Assembly (NCBI GenBank): GCA_046590235.1
Contig: JBKJTY010000035.1
Span: 14,722-78,721, forward strand
Source of the DNA: Candidatus Magasanikiibacteriota bacterium
Lineage (GTDB): Bacteria > Patescibacteriota > Patescibacteriia > Magasanikbacterales > GWA2-37-8
Reading direction: 5' to 3'
DNA: 64,000 bases
Positions 1 through 10,166 of the stretch are shown one piece after another. Under the pieces are notes generated by a model, which did no database searches, was not told the origin of the DNA, and worked only from the letters and a program-made list of their open reading frames with translations. The position numbers were made by a program, and so were the translations under genes. The stretch's first letter is position 1. Every line of letters begins with the position of its first letter.

Positions 1-2
1 AA

Positions 3-3000
3 GCGGATGGCTCAGGAACGCTCACTACAAAGACATGTAATTTAAGTTGTCTTTGGGAAACAAAAGTCTCCGCTCCATCTGAGAATGCTTGCGTTGATTT
101 CAATAAATGTGGCAATGGCCGTATTGATTCTGGTGAACAATGTGATGATGGTAAAAAGGAGCGCGGCGGACAAAATGGTAAGTGGAACAAATGTACAAAT
201 CTATGTACTTTCCCACCAAAGGCGCCTCCAGAAGGCCCGGGTTATTGTGGTGATAAAATAATTGAAGGGGCAAATGAGGTTTGTGATGCAGGTCATGTGA
301 AGGTGAGTTATAGTAATGTTTCCGATGATTGCACACCAATACAAACTTGTCAGAATAAAGAAGTTTGTGATCCAAAAAAGTGTAAAGTTGATGGTATTAG
401 CTATAACGATTTCTGTACCGATGTTGCAGATTGCCGCGGTTACTTATCAGGCTTCCAACAAGCTTTGCAGCCTTGGTACGCTGCTGCTGGAGGGGTAAGT
501 TTCCTTGCACCAAGCTCAAACGAAATCCAGATTACTACTTCACTTGCAGGTACATATAATATAAACTATCAATCAAACGGCTCATATTGTAACTACGCTT
601 CTTCGCCATATAAATGTCATGCAGAATTTACCTATTCCACAGCATTTTGCGCGACAAACTATGGTCATGTTGATTTTACTATTGATAAGAGTCAATGTTC
701 TGGTGGAATTTGTCCTTCGGTGATTACTTCGATGACTAATAACACGGCTTGTGCGGGTACAGGCGTGGGTATTGGCAGTTCACAGGTAACTGTAGTTTTG
801 AAGCGTAACGAAAGTCTGGCTTGTGAAAAACCAGCTAACGCTACATGTCGCACAGAAGTTGACCAAAGCACTTGTGTTACTACAAATAAATGTGTGACAC
901 GACGTGTGGCAACTACCACTGTTGCTGCAGTTGGCGAACCAACATACGGTGTAATAAAAGCAGCTTCGTGTAATTGGGATTGTCAAAATACAGGTCCCTA
1001 TTGCGGTGACGGCGTTGTGCAATCTGAATTTGGTGAAGAATGTGATGGTAACATTACTTGTCCAGTAGGCGGCGTTAGTGGCACTAAAACCTGCAATGCA
1101 AGCTGTAAATTTAATGACAGCGCAAGTGCGGCATGGTGGGCGCTCGATGTACCTTCAAGTGACGGCTATACCTTTGTTGACCGCAATGGAACAGCTAATG
1201 GCAGTTGTGAAAAAGGCAGTTGCCCAGTTTACAATGAAACCGGTGGTCCTAAAAATGGTGGTAACTATCGCTTCACGGGGAGTGATGTGGTAAAAGTTGC
1301 AGATAAAGCTGCGCTTATGCCAACAACTGTAATGAGTATTGAAGCTTGGATCAAACCTGAGGCAAACCCAACTAATTTTGCACGTGTAATTGAAAAAGGT
1401 GGCTATACTGTCGGTGGTGGCTATGATCTTGAAACAAATTATAAATCAGGCGACGCTATAAACAATCGAGTTGCTTTCAATGTGTGGGGAGCAGACGGCA
1501 CAACAAGTGCGCGGGTTTACTCAAAGTCTGAATTACCACTGAATCAGTGGACCTATGTTGTTGCAACATATGAATATCAACCAACTACCGAAAAAGAATC
1601 ATTAAAAATTTATTTAAATGGCAAGATTACGCCTGATAGCGAAGAATTAAGAATAAATGTTAAGGCGCCAACACTTGCTAAAAATACTAAAGAAGTAACG
1701 ATTGGCGGTCGTGCAACTGGTGGAAATTATTTTATTGGTTCCTTAAATAATGTCCGCGTTTTGAATCGTGTGCTCCAACCAAATGAAGTTAAAGATCGTT
1801 TTGAAAATGCATGGCCATGTACAGTTCCAGCACGCTCAAGTGTATTGACTGCGGCAGCTGGTACTTGTGGTGATGGACAAGTCGATCCAAGTGAAGTGTG
1901 CGATCTAGGTGAAAAGAATGGTGTCACATGTAACCCGGCATACGGCCAGACCTGTACCTTCTGTCAGGGAAATAGTGCTCCAGGTAAAAATGATGGCTGT
2001 AAAAATACCTATAATGTACGTTCAGAACAATTTTGTGGCGACGGTATTATCCAAGGTGCTGAGGTTTGTGAAACTGACCAAGCAACAGGTGATATATATG
2101 CAAGTGCGCAAAGCCAGACAAGTACACTTGGTTACACAGCTGAACGTAAGGGTTATAAAGTTTTGCAGTGCAATGCTGAAGTTACGGAAAGCAATGTTTT
2201 CAAGAAAGGTACCAAAACTTGTTCGAATGATTGTAAGCGTCTCTTTGTACAGGAAACCAACACACTTGCTTGTGTAACCTGTGGTATTAATACGGTAAGC
2301 GGTGTTACTGTACAAGGAAATATTATCAATGTTGTTGATGTAAAATCAAAAAATCCACTATACGCAGACTCATTAACTCCGACATCATTTAGCCAAATCA
2401 TACTTCGTGGGGGAATATGTCCAGTAGGTTCTTTCTGTGCTGAAATACTTGGTCGTGAAGGGTTAGCCCGTGTACGTCAAAGTGGTTTAGCTAGCAATAA
2501 TGCCTTGTATGAACTTTATTACGACGCGTCTGCTACTGGCGGCATAAGTCTTCCAAAAATTGCACCATTAAATTCAAACCCACTTTGTTCTGCTCCTGCT
2601 AACGACGTAAAGCAAAGCTATAACATATCTATTAATAATAGCGATCCTTTCATATTCCCAATTTCAGCAGAGCCTACGAGTTGGCAATATGACCTAGTTG
2701 TATCACCGATTATCAGTATCGATGGTCTCAAGGATCAAACCGGACGCATTGCAGGCAGTAGTCGTCCGAATGATATGCGTGTAGTGGTCAGTTGGGTGGG
2801 CGCAACGGATTTCAGCGCCGGATTCGTTCGTTCTATGGCAACAGAATCAGTTGTTGAAGACGCTGTAATGACAGCAAATACAGTGGCAGGTTATAATTAT
2901 TTCTCCAATACTAAAACACGAAGTGATACGGCAACTATTCCGTGGAATATCTGGTATCACGGAAAAGGTGTAACTAACGGTGGTATAAGTGTTGAATCCT

Positions 3001-3374
3001 TCACACTTGATACTAGTAGAATGAGTAATGATAATTATAAATTCTACGTTAGAACATCTAATTCTAACGATCCGATTAAGAATTACAAGACAAGTGCTTT
3101 AGTAAAAGTTGAAGTATACTTGCCAAAAACAGGCGAACAGATGTTCTATAAAACAGATCGTCCAGTTAAAACTTTCTACCTAAGCGGAGCGGATATCAGC
3201 AGTAACACCAACGCAGGTTACTGGCACGTGTTCACCATAGATAAAAATGGCGCACCAATTGCTAACAAAATTCGTAATGCCGCTTTCTATGTTCCTAACT
3301 CAGAAGGCACAGCGACACTCAATGAAAACTATCCAAACGGCCGAATAGTCGGCGGTGTTACGGAAATGTACTAA
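3..3374 (+). CDS. 5'-truncated secreted Cys-rich repeat protein with a LamG/concanavalin-like domain (adhesin-like); the ORF is open from nt 3 with no upstream stop, so the gene starts before the window
   Basis: Frame 3 is open from position 3 to the stop at 3372-3374. It carries repeated CGDGxxxxxE(x)CDxG modules (CGNGRIDSGEQCDDG, CGDGVVQSEFGEECDGN, CGDGQVDPSEVCD, CGDGIIQGAEVCETD) that resemble Myxococcus-type cysteine-rich repeats. The central region is LamG-like (SIEAWIKPEANPTNFARVIEKGG ... LNQWTYVVATYEY ... IYLNGKI). Confidence 0.6.
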   Translation, partial: ADGSGTLTTKTCNLSCLWETKVSAPSENACVDFNKCGNGRIDSGEQCDDGKKERGGQNGKWNKCTNLCTFPPKAPPEGPGYCGDKIIEGANEVCDAGHVKVSYSNVSDDCTPIQTCQNKEVCDPKKCKVDGISYNDFCTDVADCRGYLSGFQQALQPWYAAAGGVSFLAPSSNEIQITTSLAGTYNINYQSNGSYCNYASSPYKCHAEFTYSTAFCATNYGHVDFTIDKSQCSGGICPSVITSMTNNTACAGTGVGIGSSQVTVVLKRNESLACEKPANATCRTEVDQSTCVTTNKCVTRRVATTTVAAVGEPTYGVIKAASCNWDCQNTGPYCGDGVVQSEFGEECDGNITCPVGGVSGTKTCNASCKFNDSASAAWWALDVPSSDGYTFVDRNGTANGSCEKGSCPVYNETGGPKNGGNYRFTGSDVVKVADKAALMPTTVMSIEAWIKPEANPTNFARVIEKGGYTVGGGYDLETNYKSGDAINNRVAFNVWGADGTTSARVYSKSELPLNQWTYVVATYEYQPTTEKESLKIYLNGKITPDSEELRINVKAPTLAKNTKEVTIGGRATGGNYFIGSLNNVRVLNRVLQPNEVKDRFENAWPCTVPARSSVLTAAAGTCGDGQVDPSEVCDLGEKNGVTCNPAYGQTCTFCQGNSAPGKNDGCKNTYNVRSEQFCGDGIIQGAEVCETDQATGDIYASAQSQTSTLGYTAERKGYKVLQCNAEVTESNVFKKGTKTCSNDCKRLFVQETNTLACVTCGINTVSGVTVQGNIINVVDVKSKNPLYADSLTPTSFSQIILRGGICPVGSFCAEILGREGLARVRQSGLASNNALYELYYDASATGGISLPKIAPLNSNPLCSAPANDVKQSYNISINNSDPFIFPISAEPTSWQYDLVVSPIISIDGLKDQTGRIAGSSRPNDMRVVVSWVGATDFSAGFVRSMATESVVEDAVMTANTVAGYNYFSNTKTRSDTATIPWNIWYHGKGVTNGGISVESFTLDTSRMSNDNYKFYVRTSNSNDPIKNYKTSALVKVEVYLPKTGEQMFYKTDRPVKTFYLSGADISSNTNAGYWHVFTIDKNGAPIANKIRNAAFYVPNSEGTATLNENYPNGRIVGGVTEMY

Positions 3375-3386
3375 CTGCTATTACCT

Positions 3387-3779
3387 ATGAGCAAAAAAAT
3401 TGGTATACTATCTCTACTTATTCTCTTAACGGGGCTCGGCTGTAAGCCGGCCCCGGAGCAAACCATACCACCTGCACAGCAGGCGGTAACATCTACTGCC
3501 TCAGCGCAAGAGCTTAGAACTAAACAGGTAACCGCTGAATATCAAATACTGCAGCAAGCAGCCGTTGCCGACACTGATCTAGACGGACTGTCAAATGAAG
3601 AAGAAAAGAAGTTTGGAACCAATGTAAAAAATGCAGATTCGGACGGAGACGGTCTTTTGGATGGAGATGAAATAAAAACATTCAAAACAAATCCGATTAA
3701 TGCAGATACTGACAGTGATGGAAAGAAAGATGGTCAAGAAATTAAAAGCGGTGGTAATCCGCTTGATAGTAAAAAATAA
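3387..3779 (+). CDS. lipoprotein with Asp-rich Ca-binding (thrombospondin type 3-like) repeats
   Basis: Signal peptide with a lipobox (LLTGLGC). Repeats DTDLDGLSNEEE, DSDGDGLLDGDE and DTDSDGKKDGQE. Confidence 0.55.
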   Translation: MSKKIGILSLLILLTGLGCKPAPEQTIPPAQQAVTSTASAQELRTKQVTAEYQILQQAAVADTDLDGLSNEEEKKFGTNVKNADSDGDGLLDGDEIKTFKTNPINADTDSDGKKDGQEIKSGGNPLDSKK

Positions 3780-3780
3780 T

Positions 3781-4530
3781 ATGTTTGACGAAAAACCACC
3801 AAAAACTTTCGAAGCACCCGGTAATGTTCCGACTGAACCAGCAGACATGTTTGCTGGTATTAAAGATGAGTCTGACGACTCGTCAGGTCGTTTACCAGAC
3901 GCATTATCTTCTGGGCTATTAAAAAAGAAAGAATCATCCATGTCAGTAATGCCTGATGTGTCTGGTGGTAACCAAAGTGGTATGACCATGCAGGCAACTG
4001 GCACTTCTGGTTTTGTTAAAGCGTTTATCGGCTTAGCCATCATTGTGGTTGTAGCAGGACTTGGCGCGGGTGGTTGGTGGTTATATAAAACAGCACAAGA
4101 TTCATCTGTACCGGCTACAGTGCAGCAACAAAATGAAACAGAGTCTCCAGTAATTACAGAATCGCCGGTTGTAACGACTTCACCCGAACCAGAACAGCCA
4201 GCTACGGTGTTTGCATCATCTTCAACTCGTACTAATAATGATAGTATATTGTTTGGAACAATGATTGACACAGATAAAGATGGTATCAATGATGTGCAAG
4301 AAAGAGAGATTGGTACGGACCCAGTAAAGAGCGATACTGATGAAGATCAGTTAAATGACGGCGACGAAATGTTTATCTGGAAAACTAACCCGCTAAAAGC
4401 TGATACCGATGGCGATAGTTATCTAGATGGTGCGGAAATTAAAAACGGTTTTACCCCGCTCGGTCCTGGTCGGTTAGTTCCAACCACAAGTACAACAACT
4501 ACAGTTAAAACTTCCTCCACCATTCAATAA
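3781..4530 (+). CDS. membrane-anchored protein with C-terminal TSP3-like Ca-binding repeats
   Basis: The ATG at 3781 immediately follows the upstream stop. It has one TM segment (FIGLAIIVVVAGLGAGGWWLY) and repeats DTDKDGINDVQE, DTDEDQLNDGDE and DTDGDSYLDGAE. Confidence 0.5.
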   Translation: MFDEKPPKTFEAPGNVPTEPADMFAGIKDESDDSSGRLPDALSSGLLKKKESSMSVMPDVSGGNQSGMTMQATGTSGFVKAFIGLAIIVVVAGLGAGGWWLYKTAQDSSVPATVQQQNETESPVITESPVVTTSPEPEQPATVFASSSTRTNNDSILFGTMIDTDKDGINDVQEREIGTDPVKSDTDEDQLNDGDEMFIWKTNPLKADTDGDSYLDGAEIKNGFTPLGPGRLVPTTSTTTTVKTSSTIQ

Positions 4531-4533
4531 ACT

Positions 4534-5760
4534 ATGTTTGGTCAAAAACAAGACAACCAAATCGTCGAACCACAGCTAGATATTGCGGTAACCACTATAC
4601 CAACTGATTTTTATGCGGGTGCAAACCCAACTATCACTTTTAAGCACGTGGAAAAAGTGGTCCAGGCAAATGAGCAAGGATTGCTTACGCCCGCTGATAA
4701 AAAAGCTTTAGATAAAGCAACCGCGGTTGGAAGTGGGCAAGAACTTCATCCAGCTAATGTTCTCGGTAACCGGAAAAAGTTATTTCTCATCGGTGGAGGA
4801 TTGTTTAGTTTATTTGTGGCCGGAGCAGGGGGTTACTACTGGCTTCAAAATAAACCGACAGCTCCAACAACAAATCAAACGCCAATCGCAATCGTTCCTA
4901 CACCGGTTGACGTCGAAGTTCCTTCCACCACACCGTTTGTTGCTCCTGCTACAACTACCGAACAAATCCCTGTAGTTGTAACTAATCCAGATAGTAGTAT
5001 TGAATTTCCTGCGCTCTTGCTAAGTAAAAGTTTTGATTTAGACAATGACGGGCTAACAGATTTAGAAGAAGAGATGTATAAAAGTGATTCAGGTAATCCA
5101 GATACTGATAGTGACGGCTACCTAGATGGTAGTGAAGTGTTTCATTTATACAACCCAATCGGTAAAGAGCCTATCAAACTTATCGAATCTGAGGTAGTTA
5201 AAGAATTTACAAATCCAAGTTTTGGTTACACTCTGTATTACCCAATTAGTTGGGTAGCTGGCAATGTTGACCAGGAATATCGTGACATGCTTTTCAATTC
5301 GGTAAATGGCGAGAATGTCGAAGTGCGTGTTTTTGACAAGCAAAGCGCTATGACATTTGCAGATTGGTTTGCAGTACATGCATCTGATCAAAAATACGGT
5401 GATTTAAACGATTTTGAAACCCGTTTTGGTGACAAGGGATCCCGTCGTTATGATAAGCTGGTTTATTATTTCGCTACTCCAAATCGTGTTTTTGTATTAG
5501 TATATCATCCGACTATTGGAGCATCTACAATCAACTACGCAGCCACAATCGAAATGATGGCGCGCAGCTTTACGGTAAGCGGACAGTCGTTCGATGTTAT
5601 TCCGCTGCAAACCGCTTTAACAAGTCCTGTTACCGAAATCCCATCTGAACCAATTGGTATCACCCAAACAACCCCAGAAACGACCATAGACGACTCAGCT
5701 GCTACAACAACAGTCGCAGCAGACTCAATCGATTCAACTTCAACAAGCACAACATTATGA
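4534..5760 (+). CDS. membrane-anchored protein with a TSP3-like repeat and a C-terminal globular domain
   Basis: One TM segment, a Thr/Pro-rich linker, the motifs DLDNDGLTDLEEE and DTDSDGYLDGSE, then a ~200-aa C-terminal domain. Its stop overlaps the ybeY start. Confidence 0.45.
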   Translation: MFGQKQDNQIVEPQLDIAVTTIPTDFYAGANPTITFKHVEKVVQANEQGLLTPADKKALDKATAVGSGQELHPANVLGNRKKLFLIGGGLFSLFVAGAGGYYWLQNKPTAPTTNQTPIAIVPTPVDVEVPSTTPFVAPATTTEQIPVVVTNPDSSIEFPALLLSKSFDLDNDGLTDLEEEMYKSDSGNPDTDSDGYLDGSEVFHLYNPIGKEPIKLIESEVVKEFTNPSFGYTLYYPISWVAGNVDQEYRDMLFNSVNGENVEVRVFDKQSAMTFADWFAVHASDQKYGDLNDFETRFGDKGSRRYDKLVYYFATPNRVFVLVYHPTIGASTINYAATIEMMARSFTVSGQSFDVIPLQTALTSPVTEIPSEPIGITQTTPETTIDDSAATTTVAADSIDSTSTSTTL

Positions 5761-6191
5761 TAGAAATTGCCTACCATAAGGAGGTAGCATGTCCTATAAG
5801 TAAAGCGGATGTATCTTTAATTACCGCTATTGCAGCTAAGCATGAGAAGAAAATTAAAGGTTTAGTAGAGGTCACCATTGTCAGTGATGCAACAATAAAA
5901 AAATTAAACCACCAATATCGAGGTAAAAATAAAGTTACTGACGTGCTTTCATTTGGTTGGGAAGAAGGGGGCAAAATGCCATCTACGATTCTAGGTGAAA
6001 TTTATATCTGCTACGATCAGATTAAAAGACAGGCAAAAACATTTGAATGTCCTGTTAAAGAAGAGTTTACTCGCATGTTGGTGCACGGATTGTTGCACAT
6101 TGTTGGGTATGATCATGTGACCAAAGCGCAAGCTGGAAAAATGTTTCCACTACAAGAAAAAATTGTTTCTAAAGCTTGCGACCTTTTATGA
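5757..6191 (+). CDS. ybeY: rRNA maturation endoribonuclease YbeY
   Basis: Zinc-binding motif HGLLHIVGYDH; size (144 aa) is typical for YbeY. Confidence 0.8.
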   Translation: MIEIAYHKEVACPISKADVSLITAIAAKHEKKIKGLVEVTIVSDATIKKLNHQYRGKNKVTDVLSFGWEEGGKMPSTILGEIYICYDQIKRQAKTFECPVKEEFTRMLVHGLLHIVGYDHVTKAQAGKMFPLQEKIVSKACDLL

Positions 6192-6556
6192 TGAGCATTA
6201 AACAGCTTGGAAAAAGCTTTAGTCATGCTGTACGGGGAATTATCTACGTTTTTAAAAACGAACAAAATTTTCGGATCCACACTGCTTTAACAATAGTAAC
6301 GGTAGGTGTGGTATGTTTTTTTCCGCTTGTAACCTGGGAGCGTGTATTAGTTATCATATTGATCGTAATGGTACTTACCATGGAGCTTTTGAATACAGCG
6401 CTTGAACGTTTTGCCGACCTCCTAAAGCCGCGGTTAAACTTCTATGTTGGCACAATTAAGGACATTATGGCGGCTGCTGTTCTGATCACTTCGCTCGGTG
6501 CCCTAATAATCGGTATTATCATCCTTTGGCCGCACTTTCTGACTTTGCTTAAATAG
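6176..6556 (+). CDS. dgkA: diacylglycerol/undecaprenol kinase (DgkA family)
   Basis: 126 aa with 3 TM segments and the DgkA-type motifs EQNFRIH and ELLNTALERF. Confidence 0.7.
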   Translation: MRPFMMSIKQLGKSFSHAVRGIIYVFKNEQNFRIHTALTIVTVGVVCFFPLVTWERVLVIILIVMVLTMELLNTALERFADLLKPRLNFYVGTIKDIMAAAVLITSLGALIIGIIILWPHFLTLLK

Positions 6557-6588
6557 TGTATACTAAATAGAAGGATTATCATCAACCT

Positions 6589-7854
6589 ATGAGAAAAGAT
6601 CAACAGCTTATCGCAGGTCTTGATATCGGCTCCTCAGCCGTTCGTATTGCTATTGGTCAATTTGTTGCCGGTGGTGAAATGGGACGTGACGTGGAATTAC
6701 AGATTCTTGGAGCTGGAGAAGTACCCTCCGCCGGTGTTCATAAAGGCGTCGTCAATAGTATTGAAGATGTCGTTTCTTCTGTTTCCGCTTGTCTTGAAGT
6801 AACTGAACGCATGGTTGGTACACCTATTAATTCTATTTGGGTAGGTATTTCTGGCTTACATATTATTTCACAACCAAGTAAAGGCGTTGTCGCAGTGTCA
6901 AAAGCAGACAACGAAATCACTGAAGAGGATGTAGCAAGAGCTATCGATGCTTCACGTACAATTGCCACCCCGCTAAATTACGAAGTTTTGCACGTTTTAC
7001 CAAAAAGTTTCAGTATTGATGGTCAAACAAAAGTCAAAGATCCAGTAGGTATGACGGGCATTCGTTTAGAAGTTGATTCTCAAATTATTCTTGGTTCATC
7101 ATCTCAAATTAAAAATTTAACTAAAGCGGTTTACCGAACCGGATTAAATATCGATGATTTAGTTTTATCTAGTTTAGCAACAGCTGAAGCCGTAATCACT
7201 TCACGCCAAAAAGATATTGGCGTCGTTGTTGTTAATCTGGGTGTCGCTACAACCAGTATGGTAGTTTTTGAAGGTGGAGATATCATTCATACAGCAATTT
7301 TACCAATCGGATCTGAGCATATTACCAACGATGTTGCTATTGGTTTACGCACTTCAATTGAAGTAGCAGAAGCAGTAAAGATTGAACATGGTGACTGTAT
7401 GCCATCTGAAGTTTCAAAACGCGATGAAATTGATTTGTTTGATTTAGGTTCTGCTTCACATGAACCTGTAAAAAAACAATACGTTAGTGAAATTATCGAA
7501 GCGCGCGTTGAAGAAATTATTTCTAAAATCGACCAAGAACTCATTAAAATTAAACGCAATGGTTTGTTGCCAGCTGGCGCGGTCTTTACCGGTGGGGGAG
7601 CAAAGCTTCCTGGTTTGATTGAGCTCGCGAAACGACAATTACGCCTGCCGGCAATCTTAGGTTATCCATTGCATATCACCAGTGTCACCGATAAGGTGAA
7701 TGACTTGGCTTTTTCAACAGCCGTAGGTTTAGTAAAATGGGGTGGAACGATGCAAAACTATGGTCATAGTACAGGAAATCGCGGTGGGTCCATGAAAAAA
7801 GTAGGTAGAGTTTCAACACAGTTAAAGAAGTGGATCAAAACGCTCATTCCGTAA
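6589..7854 (+). CDS. ftsA: cell division protein FtsA
   Basis: N-terminal LIAGLDIGSSAVRIAIGQ, actin-like ATPase fold, 421 aa, located immediately upstream of ftsZ. Confidence 0.85.
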   Translation: MRKDQQLIAGLDIGSSAVRIAIGQFVAGGEMGRDVELQILGAGEVPSAGVHKGVVNSIEDVVSSVSACLEVTERMVGTPINSIWVGISGLHIISQPSKGVVAVSKADNEITEEDVARAIDASRTIATPLNYEVLHVLPKSFSIDGQTKVKDPVGMTGIRLEVDSQIILGSSSQIKNLTKAVYRTGLNIDDLVLSSLATAEAVITSRQKDIGVVVVNLGVATTSMVVFEGGDIIHTAILPIGSEHITNDVAIGLRTSIEVAEAVKIEHGDCMPSEVSKRDEIDLFDLGSASHEPVKKQYVSEIIEARVEEIISKIDQELIKIKRNGLLPAGAVFTGGGAKLPGLIELAKRQLRLPAILGYPLHITSVTDKVNDLAFSTAVGLVKWGGTMQNYGHSTGNRGGSMKKVGRVSTQLKKWIKTLIP

Positions 7855-7865
7855 GAATTGTTAGC

Positions 7866-7894
7866 TTGACAGTAGAGAAAGTGCGTTATACACT
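7866..7894 (+). promoter_or_regulatory. sigma70-like promoter for ftsZ (TTGACA-N17-TACACT)
   Basis: TTGACA at 7866-7871, a 17-nt spacer, TACACT at 7889-7894, about 100 nt upstream of the ftsZ ATG. Confidence 0.5.
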
Positions 7895-7995
7895 ATAGTG
7901 CGAAGGACGCCTTCGCTTATTTTATTACTAAGTAAGTTGAACACAAAAAGTATTCAGGCTGTTAGGAACTAAGTCACTTACATTTTCAAACTTTT

Positions 7996-9255
7996 ATGCC
8001 TCAAGTTAAACCAGAAATTGAAGCGTTCGCAAAAATTAAAGTTGTTGGTGTTGGCGGATCTGGCGGATCAGCAGTTAACCGTATGATGGCGAGTAAAATT
8101 CGCGGTGTTGATTTTATTGTAATGAACACTGATATCCAAGCTTTGCACCACAATAACGCTCCGACTAAAATCCATATTGGTAAAACTGTTACACGTGGTT
8201 TAGGTGCAGGTATGGATCCTGAAATCGGACGCAAAGCTGCTGAAGAATCACAAAATGAAATTCGTGAAGCGCTCAAAGATAGTGATATGGTTTTCATTAC
8301 CTGCGGTATGGGTGGTGGTACAGGCACTGGAGCAGCGCCAGTTGTCGCTCAGGTCGCCAAAGAACTTGGCGCACTCACCGTAGCAGTAGTAACCAAACCA
8401 TTCTCTTTTGAAGGCCCGCAGCGTTCTACGATTGGAAATAAAGGTTGGGAAGACTTAGCAAAAAATGTAGATACGATTATCACTATTCCAAACGATCGTA
8501 TTTTGCAAATAATTGATAAAAAAACAACACTACTCGACGCGTTCAAGATTGTCGATGATATTTTACGCCAAGGTGTGCAAGGTATTTCTGAGCTCATCAC
8601 TATTCCTGGTCTTATCAACGTAGACTTTGCCGATGTTCGAACTATTATGCGCGACACCGGTTCTGCGTTAATGGGTATTGGTACGGGCAGTGGTGAAAAT
8701 CGAGCTATCGAAGCAGCGAAGGCTGCGATTTCTAGTCCGCTCCTCGAGCTTTCTATCGATGGTGCGCATGGTATTTTATTTACTATCACTGGTGGTCCTG
8801 ATCTTACCATGAACGAAGTCAGTGAAGCTGCTAAAATTATTACTTCATCAGCTTCAACTGAAGCAAAAATTATTTTTGGTGCAATCATTGATGAAAGCAT
8901 GACAGGTAGTATGCGTATCAGTGTGGTAGCTACAGGTTTTGACGAACGTCGCCCAAGTTTAGTAAAAGATGATGAAAGTTCTTCAGGTCAAACATTATTT
9001 GCTGCTGGCAAATATATGCCAAGCACCTTCCTACGTAAAGCCCAGAAAGAAGAAGAGGAAGAAGAACGTCGTTTTAAAAACTACACACAAAAAACTTCTC
9101 CACAATCACAATCTCCAGCTCAGGTAATGCAGCAGCCTCCGATGATGTCGCAACCACAACCGCAACAACAGCAGCAACAAGAAAGAACCATGCCAAAAGT
9201 TGGCGATGATGAAATTGAGATCCCAGCTTTCATTCGAAGGAAAATGGGTATATAA
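7996..9255 (+). CDS. ftsZ: cell division GTPase FtsZ
   Basis: [17 protein letters not shown] and the tubulin signature [13 protein letters not shown]. The C-terminus has a Q/P-rich linker ([17 protein letters not shown]) followed by a conserved tail ([12 protein letters not shown]). Confidence 0.9.
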   Translation: MPQVKPEIEAFAKIKVVGVGGSGGSAVNRMMASKIRGVDFIVMNTDIQALHHNNAPTKIHIGKTVTRGLGAGMDPEIGRKAAEESQNEIREALKDSDMVFITCGMGGGTGTGAAPVVAQVAKELGALTVAVVTKPFSFEGPQRSTIGNKGWEDLAKNVDTIITIPNDRILQIIDKKTTLLDAFKIVDDILRQGVQGISELITIPGLINVDFADVRTIMRDTGSALMGIGTGSGENRAIEAAKAAISSPLLELSIDGAHGILFTITGGPDLTMNEVSEAAKIITSSASTEAKIIFGAIIDESMTGSMRISVVATGFDERRPSLVKDDESSSGQTLFAAGKYMPSTFLRKAQKEEEEEERRFKNYTQKTSPQSQSPAQVMQQPPMMSQPQPQQQQQQERTMPKVGDDEIEIPAFIRRKMGI

Positions 9256-9264
9256 TACCTTTGT

Positions 9265-9720
9265 ATGCGTTGCCCTGTTTGTAATCATCCAGACGTAAGC
9301 GTAGTCGATACTCGCTCTGCCGAAGATGATTTGGCAGTTCGACGACGTCGCGAATGTGAAAAGTGCAGTTATCGATTTTCCACGATTGAAGAAATTGAAC
9401 TCTTAGATATTATTGTGGTTAAACAAAACGGTGAGCGTCAAAGCTACATGCGTGAAAAGATTGAAAATGGTATAAAGCGCTCACTAACCAAACGTCCTTA
9501 CACGCAAGATAAATTTCATCGTTTAATCCACGCGATTGAGCGTGACATCCAAAAGAAGCGCCGACGTGAAATTGCAAGTAAAGAACTTGGTGAGATGGTC
9601 ATGAAACATCTTAGCGCGTTTGATAAAGTTGCTTACATCCGTTTTTCGAGTGTGTACCGGGATTTCAAAGATGTAAAAACATTTGAAAAAGAATTAAAAA
9701 AGATTACAAAAAAAGTTTAG
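9265..9720 (+). CDS. nrdR: transcriptional repressor NrdR
   Basis: N-terminal Zn-ribbon MRCPVCNHPDVSVVDTRSAEDD ... CEKC followed by an ATP-cone; 151 aa. Confidence 0.85.
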   Translation: MRCPVCNHPDVSVVDTRSAEDDLAVRRRRECEKCSYRFSTIEEIELLDIIVVKQNGERQSYMREKIENGIKRSLTKRPYTQDKFHRLIHAIERDIQKKRRREIASKELGEMVMKHLSAFDKVAYIRFSSVYRDFKDVKTFEKELKKITKKV

Positions 9721-9728
9721 CCTAGCTT

Positions 9729-10163
9729 ATGTACAAACACGGGGCACAACCTGAACTGGAGTCAGAAAAAAAACTTCCGCTCAAAAAACAGGTTGCTAAG
9801 GAGGGTAGTATAGAGCAAACAACTGTGTCATCGCTTACCAAAGTCGATGAACTTTCGGCTATACGAGAATTGATGGAAAAGAATTTGAAATGGTCGCAAA
9901 TAATCTACGAACAAAATCGTAAAATTAATAATAAGTTATTGTGGGCAGCAATTGCAGGCTGGGTGCGTTTGGTTATCATTGCAGTTCCGCTCATCTTTGC
10001 TTTATTATATTTACCGCCGCTCATTAGAAACGTACAAGAGAGATATGTACAGATCTTTAGCGGATCAACAGAAGCGGGTAGAAGCCAGAGTATCAAAGAC
10101 CTTCTCAATTTGTTGCCGCTGAGCAATAGTCAGCGCGAACAAGTTAAAGCCATGATGAAGTAA
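9729..10163 (+). CDS. hypothetical membrane protein (1 TM)
   Basis: ORF with a single hydrophobic segment (AAIAGWVRLVIIAVPLIFALLYL); no recognisable motif. Confidence 0.35.
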   Translation: MYKHGAQPELESEKKLPLKKQVAKEGSIEQTTVSSLTKVDELSAIRELMEKNLKWSQIIYEQNRKINNKLLWAAIAGWVRLVIIAVPLIFALLYLPPLIRNVQERYVQIFSGSTEAGRSQSIKDLLNLLPLSNSQREQVKAMMK

Positions 10164-10166
10164 CCC

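Noticed and set aside
3591-4289. 232-aa minus-strand ORF overlapping the TSP3-repeat genes. The same applies to 8349-8900(-), 11929-12216(+), 12630-13022(+), 19875-20303(-), 30057-30548(-), 31395-31868(-), 34224-34700(-) and 36392-36778(-).
   Set aside because: These are shadow ORFs antisense to well-supported genes (ftsZ, glyA and others). They are compositionally odd, lack an RBS and have no motif support.
8940-9200. Low-complexity Q/P/E-rich stretch near the ftsZ 3' end as a repeat element
   Set aside because: It is in-frame and forms the typical disordered C-terminal linker of FtsZ ahead of the conserved C-terminal peptide.
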